The notes under the pieces are model-generated. The model saw nothing but the letters and a program-made list of their open reading frames with translations. It was not told where the DNA came from and made no database searches. The translations under genes were made by a program, and so were the position numbers. Positions 27,368 through 37,182 of a DNA stretch of 50,900 nucleotides are shown piece after piece. The first letter of the stretch is position 1. Every line of letters starts with the position of its first letter. The stretch spans positions 1 through 50,900 of the forward strand of contig JANPLN010000001.1 of assembly GCA_031426555.1 (NCBI GenBank), written 5' to 3'. Origin of the DNA: Bdellovibrionales bacterium (GTDB lineage Bacteria; Bdellovibrionota; Bdellovibrionia; Bdellovibrionales; JAGQZY01).

Positions 27368-28550
27368 TAGATATAACATTCTCCCAGTCGTGCGAGGAAG
27401 TCAAACGTCGCAGAAGTGGAGCGGTGATGAAAATAAGACATAATAAAAAGAAGCCGCTCAGGGCGAGAAGTGTTGAATTCAGTCCCCACTGATCGATGGA
27501 ATAGCCTACGGCCGGTCCTAAAATTGCGAAGGCAAAACGAAAAAGAAAATTAAGAATAGAATTGGCGGTGGCGCGCAAGGCTGGATCCATGGTTTGGTTG
27601 AGTAAGTCGCGCGAGATCACATTGTTAAGGCCGCGCGCAATGTAAATGAGGAAACCGCAAAGTACGCCAATGGTGCCGCCAACGAGCGACATTAAAAAGT
27701 AAGCGCCGGTGCAAAGGATTGCAACCAACAGCAAGGACTTTCCCATGCCCAGGGATTTTTCTAAGGACCTTGAAAAAAGGCCGGTAAGACCAATCGTTAG
27801 ATTGCACGAAGCCCAAAGGACGCCAAACCACACCAGCGGAATGTGCTGCTCTTGCCAATACCGCTGCACAATCCAAACGGCGATGTAGGTGGCGAGAAGC
27901 CAAACCACAAAATTAAAACTGAGCAATCGTAGAAACGAATGTTCGTGCAACAATTGTCGCCACAGTTTTTTTATTTTTTTAATATCCAGATGTGTGGGCT
28001 GATGCTTTTGCGGTTCGCGCAAGGTGAGTGCCACAAGAAGAGGAAGCCACGCAAGAACCGCCTGAATGGCGATCAGTTCTTTGTAGGAAATAAAAGTGAT
28101 AAGGGCGGAGCAAATGAGGGCCGCGCTAAATTCGCCGAGGGCTGACGCCATCTGGTTGTGACTGAGAATCCGCGACGAAAGATCCCGGGAATAGTGGAGG
28201 GGAAGAGATTCAAAAAGAATGGCAACGTCGGTGCCGGAAATAAAACTTAGAGCCAGGCCCAAGGAAAATTCGTGAGCCAAAATTCCCCAAAAGCCTGTGG
28301 CTTGAGTCAGTATCCAGTAGGAAAGTCCCGATATAAAAGCGCCCAGGCACAAACTTTTTTTACGCCCGAACCGATCACTTAAATAACCGGTGGGGATTTC
28401 GAAGAGAGCGGCTGTGAGGCCGAAGACGGCTTGCAGTTGAAAAAACTCGTGGGTGCTAATGCCAAGCGAAGTATAGTACGGATACAGAATGGGAAGAACC
28501 ACGGCGAAGATCCAAAAAAACTGGAAGCCGTAGATTTTATGAATATTCAT
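27360..28550 (-). CDS. MFS transporter
   Basis: About 12 TM segments, EIPTGYLSDRFGRKKSL motif A, SGTD.A and RATANS. Confidence 0.92.
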   Translation of the reverse strand: MNIHKIYGFQFFWIFAVVLPILYPYYTSLGISTHEFFQLQAVFGLTAALFEIPTGYLSDRFGRKKSLCLGAFISGLSYWILTQATGFWGILAHEFSLGLALSFISGTDVAILFESLPLHYSRDLSSRILSHNQMASALGEFSAALICSALITFISYKELIAIQAVLAWLPLLVALTLREPQKHQPTHLDIKKIKKLWRQLLHEHSFLRLLSFNFVVWLLATYIAVWIVQRYWQEQHIPLVWFGVLWASCNLTIGLTGLFSRSLEKSLGMGKSLLLVAILCTGAYFLMSLVGGTIGVLCGFLIYIARGLNNVISRDLLNQTMDPALRATANSILNFLFRFAFAILGPAVGYSIDQWGLNSTLLALSGFFLLCLIFITAPLLRRLTSSHDWENVISND

Positions 28551-29242
28551 CCAACGGGTCTTTCACCAAAAATCAACGATCCAATACGGACCAGGGTGGA
28601 GCCTTCTTCGATGGCCCATTCAAAGTCGTTGGACATGCCCATGGACAGCTCGCGCATTTCCACGTTGGGAATATTTTGTTTTTTGAGCTCTAAAAAAAGT
28701 TGTTTTAAAACGCGGAAGTTGTTTCGAACCTCCTCTTCGACGGGTGAATTTTGTGGCACCGTCATTAGGCCCTTCACGCTGATATGGCTCATTTGCGAGA
28801 TGGCGCGGCAAAGATCAAAAACGTTTTCGGTGGCACAGCCCGATTTTTGTGATTCTCCAGATGTATTCACTTCGATGAGCACATCTGTGGGCGTATTTTT
28901 TTGTTGAGCTCTTTTAGAGATTTCTTGAGCCAGGGAGAGGCGATCCACACTGTGGATCAGCTCGCAGCGGCCAATAAGATCTTTGACCTTGTTTGTTTGC
29001 AGGTGGCCGATAAAATGCCACCGAAACGGCGTGTTTTCCAGATTCTTTTGTTTGCCGACCAGTTCCTGCACGGTGTTTTCGCCGAGGAGGAAGTGGCCTT
29101 TCGGAATCGTTAGGAGGCGTTCCGCGCTCACTTTTTTGGAGGCGAGCAAAAGTTGAACGTCGCCGCGACGACGGCCACTCCGTTCGCAGGCCTTTTTGAT
29201 TCGATCTTCGACCTCGTTGAATCGCTCTTGCATGGTCTCCAA
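28547..29242 (-). CDS. yggS: Pyridoxal-phosphate homeostasis protein YggS/PROSC
   Basis: ASK, GEN.VQE, WHFIGHLQTNKVK and LSMGMSNDFE.AIEEGST.VRIGS.IFG. Start is TTG 29242 or ATG 29233. Confidence 0.96.
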   Translation of the reverse strand: METMQERFNEVEDRIKKACERSGRRRGDVQLLLASKKVSAERLLTIPKGHFLLGENTVQELVGKQKNLENTPFRWHFIGHLQTNKVKDLIGRCELIHSVDRLSLAQEISKRAQQKNTPTDVLIEVNTSGESQKSGCATENVFDLCRAISQMSHISVKGLMTVPQNSPVEEEVRNNFRVLKQLFLELKKQNIPNVEMRELSMGMSNDFEWAIEEGSTLVRIGSLIFGERPVG

Positions 29243-29289
29243 GCTACCTTATTCTTGAAAAGGAACCAAGTAAGTTGTAACTTAATCCC

Positions 29290-29748
29290 ATGTTCATAGC
29301 CTCTCAAGATCCCCTTTCCGATATTCCCGCCTATTGCGAAAAACAAAACCTTATGGGCAGCCTTGCCAACGTGAGTGCGTTTTTAATGGCCCATTCCGAT
29401 AATGTAAACTGGTTGGGGTTTTACCTTTACGACGGAGCCAAATTGGTTTTGGGTCCTTTTCAGGGGAAGCCTGCATGCACACAAATTGAGCTCGGGAAAG
29501 GCGTTTGCGGAACGTCGGCGCTCCAACGCAAAACACTTCGTATCGAAAATGTGGATGAATTCCCGGGACATATTGTTTGTGATTCGAATTCGCGCTCGGA
29601 GCTGGTTGTTCCGATTGTGCAAAAAGGCCAGTTGGTGGCTGTATTAGATATTGATTCGCCAAGTCTGGCGCGTTTTAATCACCAGGATGAACTTTTTTAT
29701 CAAAAAGTTGTCGAGAGCCTTGTGCAGCATCTCGTTTTTGGAGATTGA
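29290..29748 (+). CDS. msrC: GAF-domain free methionine-(R)-sulfoxide reductase
   Basis: LAN.SA, NWLGFY, LGPFQGKPAC, GKGVCG, FPGHIVCD..SRSELVVP and LDIDSP. Confidence 0.9.
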   Translation: MFIASQDPLSDIPAYCEKQNLMGSLANVSAFLMAHSDNVNWLGFYLYDGAKLVLGPFQGKPACTQIELGKGVCGTSALQRKTLRIENVDEFPGHIVCDSNSRSELVVPIVQKGQLVAVLDIDSPSLARFNHQDELFYQKVVESLVQHLVFGD

Positions 29749-29767
29749 CCATTTGGGGAGTTCAAAC

Positions 29768-30520
29768 ATGAGCCTAATGACAGCGTTTATCACCGGTGCA
29801 ACTTCCGGTATTGGTTTAGAGACCGCAAGGCAGCTCGCTCCCTATTCAAAAGCTTTGATACTTAATGGTCGCCGGCGCGAGCGACTGGAGAAACTGCGAG
29901 ACGAACTCTCCGCAAAATGCCAAGTGCACATCGCCTGTTTTGATGTGAGCGATCGAAAGCAAGTGGACGATTGGTTTTCTAAAAATCAAAATAGTCTCGG
30001 AAATGTGAATGTGCTTTTGAACAACGCGGGATTGGCAAAAGGCACAGACCCACTTCACAAAGGTAAAATCGAAGACTGGGATGAAATGATTGATACAAAT
30101 ATTCGCGGTCTGCTGTATGTAACCCGTCAAATTTTGCCTGCCATGGTCACTCAAAAACAAGGACACGTGGTCAACATCGGGTCGGTGGCGGGGCGTTGGA
30201 GTTATCCGGGAGGCGCGGTTTACTGTGCCACCAAGTTTTCGGTGCGGGCTATTTCGGAATGCCTGCGCATGGATCTTTTGGGAACTGGCATTCGCGTGAC
30301 CAACATCGAACCTGGCATGGTGGAAACTGAATTTTCGGAAGTGCGCTTTCAAGATAAAGAAAAAGCCAAACAGGTTTACAAAAACATGCAGCCCTTGACC
30401 GCAAAAGACATCGCAGAGACGGTTGTGTGGAGTTTGCAAAGACCAGCGCATGTGAATATTCAAGAGCTGGTGATTTATCCCACGGATCAAGCGTCGATTC
30501 GTGATGTACATAGGACGTGA
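29768..30520 (+). CDS. NADP-dependent SDR (YdfG-like 3-hydroxy acid dehydrogenase)
   Basis: TGATSGIG, NNAGLA.G, MIDTN..GL, YCATK, IEPGMVETEFS.VRF and P.HVNI. Start at ATG 29768 after GGGGAG. Confidence 0.9.
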   Translation: MSLMTAFITGATSGIGLETARQLAPYSKALILNGRRRERLEKLRDELSAKCQVHIACFDVSDRKQVDDWFSKNQNSLGNVNVLLNNAGLAKGTDPLHKGKIEDWDEMIDTNIRGLLYVTRQILPAMVTQKQGHVVNIGSVAGRWSYPGGAVYCATKFSVRAISECLRMDLLGTGIRVTNIEPGMVETEFSEVRFQDKEKAKQVYKNMQPLTAKDIAETVVWSLQRPAHVNIQELVIYPTDQASIRDVHRT

Positions 30521-31359
30521 TGATGGGAACCATGGATTTTTTAAAAACTTATACGCTACTGCCAAACTTTCGCGGAAAAAATTACCTCGGGCAAAAATTA
30601 TTAAAAGTTCTTTCTAAAAAGTCCTCGTCACAAATACAAAAAATGCTCACCGGCTTTCGTTTGCAATTGGATTTACAAGATCGCATGCAATCGGTGATGT
30701 TTATCAAACGCTGTCACGAGCCAGAAACCGAAATGGTTTTTAAAGAAATGGCAAAATCCAGCAAATTGTTTTTGGATGTGGGCGCCAACATTGGATACTT
30801 TAGTTTTTTAGTAAAACAAATGTCTCCGCAGTCCAAGGTGTATTCCTTTGAGCCGCTTCCGCAGAATATTTTGGCCTATCAAAAAAACCGTGAGTTAAAC
30901 AATTTTTCATTGATGTTTTTGCAAGAGCTGTGTGTTGCCGACAAAGCGGGAGACACCGAGTTTTTAATTCCACCGTCCGAAGAAAGTGGTTGGGGCCGCA
31001 TGGCCCATCGCGATCTGTTTTCGGGAGAAAAAATTAAGCGCCAAGTTGTAACACTGGATGAATTTTGCGAGCAAAACCAACTGACCACCGTTGATTTTAT
31101 AAAGATCGATGTTGAGGGGTACGAGTTTAAGGTGTTGCAGGGAGCACAAAAGTTGATCGAAACCCAGCGCCCACGGATTTGCATCGAACTCAACGAGCCG
31201 TGCTTATTGGATACGGGAACAAGCGGCGAGGAGATTTTTCGTTTCTTCAAGGATCGCAATTATCAGATGCACGCTTTAGATACAAAAAAGGGGCTTTATA
31301 AAGTTCAAGCCCCTGTTCCGCATTATAAATATCTCAATTACTTTGCTCTACCGAAATAG
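30517..31359 (+). CDS. FkbM-family methyltransferase
   Basis: FLDVGANIG, SFEP.P and IKIDVEG.E..VL.GA. Confidence 0.92.
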   Translation: MMMGTMDFLKTYTLLPNFRGKNYLGQKLLKVLSKKSSSQIQKMLTGFRLQLDLQDRMQSVMFIKRCHEPETEMVFKEMAKSSKLFLDVGANIGYFSFLVKQMSPQSKVYSFEPLPQNILAYQKNRELNNFSLMFLQELCVADKAGDTEFLIPPSEESGWGRMAHRDLFSGEKIKRQVVTLDEFCEQNQLTTVDFIKIDVEGYEFKVLQGAQKLIETQRPRICIELNEPCLLDTGTSGEEIFRFFKDRNYQMHALDTKKGLYKVQAPVPHYKYLNYFALPK

Positions 31360-31362
31360 GGC

Positions 31363-31776
31363 TTAGTACCACTCAGTGACGAGGCCTTTTGAGTCTTTAT
31401 TCATAACAACCGCGCCGGTTTTTAAAACTACAACAATATCACCTACCACAGCTTTCATTTCATCAGAGTACAAGCGGTAGCGAATCATCTTCAGATTCTC
31501 TAACGTTAAACCTTTTGAATCATCCGTCGTTGTCACGAAGGCAACTGGATCCATTTTGTAAGTTACGCCCCCTACGGTGATCGTGCCTGTTTGTTTAAAT
31601 GTCACGATGGAGTCATGTTCGATGGTTGCCATCGAAAAATCCACAGTCGGTAGCTCCACAACCACAGCCGGTTGATCGAGAGCCAAGATAACTTTAGCCG
31701 TTTTAGGTAAAGACAAGCCCATTGAACTTTGAGCGAAAACCAAAATAGCAGCGAATACAATAAATAGTGATTTCAT
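31363..31776 (-). CDS. Small secreted hypothetical protein
   Basis: Start reassigned to MKSLFIVFAAILVFAQSSMG (signal peptide) after a GGGGGAG RBS. Confidence 0.8.
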   Translation of the reverse strand: MKSLFIVFAAILVFAQSSMGLSLPKTAKVILALDQPAVVVELPTVDFSMATIEHDSIVTFKQTGTITVGGVTYKMDPVAFVTTTDDSKGLTLENLKMIRYRLYSDEMKAVVGDIVVVLKTGAVVMNKDSKGLVTEWY

Positions 31777-31877
31777 GAAACTCCCCCTTTGAGTTGCGTA
31801 AAGGTATATCCAAAAAGGAACCAACTACCTAGGGGGGATGCCCCGCGCAATTGGTTTTCGCGGATTTTCCACGTCCG

Positions 31878-32104
31878 CTACGGCACGCGCTGAGCGTTAT
31901 GGCGGCATTGATTGCTTGGAAATGAAACCAGCGTACTACCGCTACGGCAGTAAATCTTAAAAGTTTTCATCAAAAGTAAGCCACCGACACGGGTGCTGAA
32001 GCAACGCGAGACGGGTTGAATCTTGCACCCTCTTGTAACTTAAAGTCACCTGCGATTGCGTTTTGGCAAATAGCTACAAATACAGACAGGAAAAATATTT
32101 TCAT
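31878..32104 (-). pseudogene. Possible frameshifted small secreted Cys-containing protein
   Basis: Not in the ORF track. GGAG RBS and ATG 32104 give MKIFFLSVFVAICQNAIA|GDFKLQEG, with a stop after 44 codons. A shifted frame continues CKIQPVSRCF...IYCRSG...NQCRH to TAG 31878. Confidence 0.35.
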
Positions 32105-32111
32105 AGAATCT

Positions 32112-32152
32112 CCGTTTATTTTGGTTCATTAGATCGAACCAAAATAAAACGG
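32112..32152. other. Inverted repeat (hairpin) abutting the RBS of the 32104 ORF
   Basis: CCGTTTATTTTGGTTC-N8-GAACCAAAATAAAACGG (16-bp stem, one bulge). Confidence 0.75.
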
Positions 32153-32237
32153 TCAAGGAACTAACTTAGCGTGCGATCCGCTCGCCAAATTGCGCTGCAA
32201 GCTTTGACGAATGAGCATAACGCTCAACGAGGGTTGG

Positions 32238-35155
32238 CTACTTCTTTTTTAAATTGCCAATTCCTGTGGCACGTCGAAAAGTACCTGTAGCTTGGGTTCC
32301 AATTTTCCAATCTCTAAAATCGGCTTCACTGTTGGGACTGATAGAACTCCTCCTCGGCTTACCAAAAGCATCAAACTCAAACTCGACGCTGTAAGAACTT
32401 GTTCGAAACGTTCTTTCATCAGTGCCTCTTGCCGAAAGTTCAGGCCATGGCAAGGCACCACTATTTGTTGGCGCAGCACCTGAGGTGGATCGATCTGTGA
32501 CGTAAACCCATTGGTAGATTTTATAACTACACCAATCGCGATAGATAGGATCATCGCAATAGACGGTGCGAGTTCCAGTGGTATCAGGCGAACAGGTCTC
32601 AGTCGTGATGCCATTTGAACTGCTCGACGAACAACTTCCCGAAATTGTATAGGATTCTGAACCGCAAGCCACCTGATCATTATGGCTAAATTTGGAATAG
32701 CAGCCCCCAACATCAAATGCGCCCCCTGGAATGCTACTCCGCCAATCACTTTTGGATACGATCGTGTTGCGCTCGAGCGTGATTTTATGATTCCAATTCA
32801 TGCTAGAGACCGTCGCCGATACATCTTCCGACTTGAGCAAATAGTAACCGCCAGCGCCCGCTGCTGTCGCAACAGCAGCGCCTCCCGCAATCAAAATTCC
32901 TTTGTTACCACTTGCCACCTCTGAAGATCCTGTGGCTTTCGTAGCTTCAGAATCGGGCTCGTCTCGCCGTGAGGCATTGCGACCATTTCCGGAACGTTCG
33001 GCCGGCGACGGCTTAGACCGGGGAGTATGAGGTGCTGCACCTTGACCCCTTGTGGATGTGTCTGCCAGATCTGCAATATCTCCGGCTCCACAGCTTTTAC
33101 ATTCCGCACTCCCCACATCCATGACCGTGCCACAAAATCCGCAATGATGTTCTTTGCTTTCGGCCGCTTTTTTTGCTTTGTCTTTTCCGGGTCCAGCTTT
33201 GACAATGTCTTCGCTCGTCGCGTTTGAGATTTGACCACGTCCATCTTTTTCCCAGGCACCATAATACTTTTCATGCGTTTCTTTCGGGTTGCCGCAGCCT
33301 GGACAATGAGTCACTTGAGCTAAATCTTCTTTATCATTAGCGCGCAAAACATGCACCCACGCCGGCACCTTTTCTGTACCACAATCATCGCAGTCCCACT
33401 TTTCTATAAGAAATCTTTGCTTATCACCATTGGGAAGCGTTACCCAACCATTTGGATCCTGCTCTTTAAGAATTTTCGCAATGGGAATGTCACAAAATTT
33501 GTCAGGCCGAAGAGTTGCGGAAGCGCGTGCGAATAATAGATCAAGAAAACGAAAAGAGCTTTGTGATGATGAGCCCGTAACAAAACAATGTTCAACATCG
33601 CGAGCAATGTCCTTAGGAATATCAGATTTTTGAATCGCCTCATGGACTCGTGCCTCAAAAGATCCAGGGCTCGTATTTTTATAGATCGCCTCTAAAGCAC
33701 GAGTTCGCAGCTCTAATCGAGAGATAAGCTCATTATATTCTTTTGAGCCTTTTGGGACTTTAGAAATTTCATTGAGCATCTGATCGTATTCTTTTAAAAA
33801 ACGTAAATTATTGGTTGAGTAAATATCACCAAGTACTTTTGAAACAGATGTTTGCATCCGTGCCATCAGTTCTTCTGAAACATGACCTGGTTTTGAACTG
33901 GCCAGTAGATTTATTCGATTAAATAAACTTGTCGCTTCGCGATTGGCACGAGCATTCCCACGCAAGTATGTCGTCGCCTTTTGACGAAGACCACTCGACA
34001 GTGTGCTGGCAATGGATTCTTGCACCGACTTCACGCGAGTTGCCACGTTTCCCGCCATCGCACGAATACCTTTTCCAATTGCAGGAACGAGCTTGGTAGC
34101 CAGACCTCCTCCTGCCAACTCTGCTAATCCCAAAACTGCGTTGTTCACAGTTTCAGTGCGCTGTTCTGTGGCTTCTTCTTTTGTCATAACTCTTGCGACT
34201 TCGGCGGCCATAATTTGACCCATTTTTGTAGCCTCAATCAACGGAATGATGGCAGAGAAGTCGGCAGCAAGTCCTAAAAGTTGCGAGGCGCAACGTGCAT
34301 CCATGCCGTCGCAAAATCGCTTTTGACATTCAAGGGCACGTGCCTGCTCACCCTCTGGTTTGCTAGCAGCAAACTGTTCAAATTGATTGGCGAAAATAAA
34401 AAGTTTGTGAAATTCAGAATCTTTGTAGCCTTTGATTTTGTCGCCCAACTGTTTTACGCCCTTGGCCATTTTTTCTGTCGTGAGCGCCAGCTGTTTTTGT
34501 AATTCCCCACTGGGAGGCTCAACCTCGTAAACGGAATTGGTATCGATCATTCGCTTCAATGGAGATGCAAGAAACGCTTTGAGTTGCTCCACTTCTTTGG
34601 GATTCAGTGTCGAAACAGCAACTGTGCCATTTAATTTATCTGCAATGGTCTGATCAAGTTCGCTCAGCCATTTTTGATGCATGGGTTGGCATGTTTCCGC
34701 CGGTGTGATCAATGGCTTTAGGATCCGGATGTTTCTATCAAACTGCACCTGGGTCGACCGCCCCAAAAAACAGCGTTGGATCAGACCTTCATTTGTTTTG
34801 GATTCTCTTCGCACCCAGTCTCTTGCAATTTCGCTTACTAATTTTTTCAACAAAGCGCGATTTTGTGTCAGGCTGAGCAGTTTTTTTTGATTCAGCTCCT
34901 GGCAGCGAGGTGTTGGACTTGTCGACTTCAGACAGGCCGCGGATTCACTCAGTGCCGTAGACGACGCTTCGAGTTGACGGACTTTATATGCGCATGAAAA
35001 TCTTTTTCAACCTGACGACACCATTTTTTATCAGCGGTGTCTTTGACGTACTCATCCTCGAGGCCTACCACGGCCTCCCAGTGAACATCAGTGACCTCGG
35101 CAAATGAAGTTTTATAGAAAAAAATGAGGAGTGTGAAAAAAATGAGTTTTTTCAT
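32238..35155 (-). CDS. Large secreted multidomain zinc-ribbon protein (~972 aa), split by a one-base frameshift near 34997-35007
   Basis: The 68-aa ORF (34949..35155, signal peptide) and the 871-aa ORF join if one base is added in GAAAAAGATTTTC, giving ..WCRQVEKDFSCAYKVRQLE.. with no stop. Contains CDDC/CPGC/CGFC/CKSC pairs, a TM-like segment and a Cys-rich C-terminal domain. Confidence 0.75.
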
Positions 35156-35161
35156 GCTGAT

Positions 35162-35188
35162 TTATCGGCAAAATAGCCAGTGATATTA
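35162..35188 (-). promoter_or_regulatory. sigma28 (FliA) promoter
   Basis: Minus strand TAAT-N15-GCCGATAA, ending 6 nt before ATG 35155. Confidence 0.75.
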
Positions 35189-35228
35189 AGCACCGAATGA
35201 ATAAAAACAGTCCGAAAATAGGTCTGGT

Positions 35229-36164
35229 TTAGCGCGTAATCCGCTCACCAAACTGGGCGACCAGCTTTGAAGAACCCTTAGGCACTTTGATTGTATGCGA
35301 CGCCACCGTGGGTGGGATAAATCCGTGCACCAGGTCTGGATTAAGTTCTTTCAGATAATTGGCGTTCACACCCAAGTACTGCGCCAAATTATATAGATCT
35401 GTGCCGCCGGGAACCGATGCCATGTCGAATTCATAGGGAACGAGGTATTCGATATCGCGAAAGCCATACAGGCCAGGGGCTTTGGCAATCATGGTGGCCG
35501 CTAAGATTTTAGGAACATAATCGGCAGTCTCTTTTGGCAGAACTTGCAATTGCACAAGCTCCCAAAAGTTATTGGTCCCGTATTTTTTAATTAAACCAGT
35601 AACTCTATTTTCACCGCAGTTGTAGCTAGCGGACACCAAATACCAAGAGCCAAACATTTCGTAGAGATTTTTTTTATACTTAATAGCAGCCGCTGTGCTT
35701 TTTACGTAATTTCGGCGTTCATCGAGCCACCAGTTGACCTTCAAACCGTATCTCTCGGCCGTGGGTTTGATAAATTGCCAAATGCCCACAGCCGCTGCTG
35801 GGCTTTGCACCGCTGGAGCAAAACCGCTTTCGACCATGGCTGTGTAAATAATGTCTTTGGGCATTCCTGAGCGTTCGAGCTCTTTTAAAATAAAAGGCGA
35901 ATAGCGAGTGGAGCGCGCCAGCCATTTTTGAAAGTCCTTGCGACCACTGGTTTGAAAGTGGCGAATCCAAAACTGCACGCGGTGATTGTATGTCATTGGT
36001 ATATCAAAGATGGGAGAGGCTTCCACGACTCCGACAGACGAAGATTCCATCGGCTCCGCTAGCAACTCGCCATTGGCGACAACCGGTGCCGCGGCTTTTG
36101 GGTTTGGGGCCGCAAAGACGAGAGAACAGACAAGAGAAAACAGGAGATACATGATCTGTGACAT
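35229..36164 (-). CDS. Lytic transglycosylase (MltD-like SLT domain)
   Basis: AMVESGF catalytic Glu, A.GIWQF..PTA.RYGL, DERR, SYNCGE, LPKET.DYVPK and LNP.L. Signal peptide present. Confidence 0.93.
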   Translation of the reverse strand: MSQIMYLLFSLVCSLVFAAPNPKAAAPVVANGELLAEPMESSSVGVVEASPIFDIPMTYNHRVQFWIRHFQTSGRKDFQKWLARSTRYSPFILKELERSGMPKDIIYTAMVESGFAPAVQSPAAAVGIWQFIKPTAERYGLKVNWWLDERRNYVKSTAAAIKYKKNLYEMFGSWYLVSASYNCGENRVTGLIKKYGTNNFWELVQLQVLPKETADYVPKILAATMIAKAPGLYGFRDIEYLVPYEFDMASVPGGTDLYNLAQYLGVNANYLKELNPDLVHGFIPPTVASHTIKVPKGSSKLVAQFGERITR

Positions 36165-36305
36165 TAACAGAGTATACGTCAGAGAATTGTCTTTGCGTCA
36201 GAGGGACGACATGGAATCGTGACAAAGGTCCGTGGCATGTTGTGCCCCGACGCTAACTATAACGAACTAAATCGAACTCGCAAAAAGTTAGGACGTTGGT
36301 CGAGT

Positions 36306-36321
36306 CGGCACACGCTTTGCT
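36306..36321 (+). promoter_or_regulatory. sigma54 promoter of the flgF operon
   Basis: CGGCAC-ACGCT-TTGCT with GG-N10-GC spacing, 14 nt before ATG 36336. Confidence 0.7.
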
Positions 36322-36335
36322 CATCACTTCAGTGT

Positions 36336-37154
36336 ATGAGTATGAAAGGTATTTACACAGCAGTCAGTGGAGCCATGGCCCAATCGGATAAGATGGACAC
36401 CATCGCTAATAATATCGCCAACGCGGACACGCCAGCCTTTAAGCGAGATGAGCAAATCTTTCGCGAGTACTTAACCAGTTACGAAAAACAAGAAGAGGCC
36501 GTCGGGTCCACTAAGATCCCGGATTCTATTGATAGTTTTTATCCTATCAATGGCGGGGACAAAAGCTATGTGGATTCTGCGGGAACATCGACCAGCTTTA
36601 CTCAGGGGTCGCTGATTGTTTCAAACAATCCCCTGGACGTGGCCATCGAAGGCGATGCCTTTTTCGAAGTTCTCACTCCCAACGGCGTTCGCTGGACTCG
36701 CAACGGTGGCTTTACCTTAAATCAGCTGGGCGAACTCGTGACCAAACAAGGCTACCCTGTGTTGATGCAAGAGCAACGGCCCGAGCAGCCGCTTCCAAGT
36801 CGTTACGTGCGCATCGGCAATGAACCTAACTTTTCTGTTTCCAATCAAGGACATTTAAAAATTGGCGATCAATTCACAGGAAAACTTTCCCTTGTTACCG
36901 CTGAAGACAAAGATGTTTTTCAAAAAGAGGGAAACTCCTTCTATCGACTTCGCGAAACCATCAACAGTCCGGTGGTTCAGGCCACAAAATTTAAATTGCA
37001 TCAAGGTTCTGTGGAAAAAAGTAATGTGAATTTAGTGAGCGAAATGACAGACATGATTAAAACCAGTCGAATTTTTGAAAGTACACAAAAAGCCATTCAA
37101 GCCTACGATCAAATGAACGGTAAACTAGTTAACGATGTAACCAGATTGAAATAG
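36336..37154 (+). CDS. flgF: Flagellar basal-body rod protein FlgF
   Basis: GIYTAVSGAMAQ..MDTIANNIANADTPAFK, NPLDVAIEGDAFF, TRNGGF and EKSNVN. Start reassigned to MSMKG. Confidence 0.93.
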   Translation: MSMKGIYTAVSGAMAQSDKMDTIANNIANADTPAFKRDEQIFREYLTSYEKQEEAVGSTKIPDSIDSFYPINGGDKSYVDSAGTSTSFTQGSLIVSNNPLDVAIEGDAFFEVLTPNGVRWTRNGGFTLNQLGELVTKQGYPVLMQEQRPEQPLPSRYVRIGNEPNFSVSNQGHLKIGDQFTGKLSLVTAEDKDVFQKEGNSFYRLRETINSPVVQATKFKLHQGSVEKSNVNLVSEMTDMIKTSRIFESTQKAIQAYDQMNGKLVNDVTRLK

Positions 37155-37182
37155 CCAGTAACGGAAGAGAGAAGGGGATACT

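Noticed and set aside
29846..30565. 239-aa minus-strand ORF, and similar antisense ORFs (28431..28907, 43908..44390, 45286..45729, 50102..50614, 32249..32749)
   Set aside because: Shadow or alternate-frame ORFs overlapping well-supported genes, with no recognisable motifs.
31967..31972. Tandem TGA TGA as selenocysteine or an alternative genetic code
   Set aside because: TGA is used as a normal stop throughout the window, and no SECIS-like element or selenoprotein context is evident.
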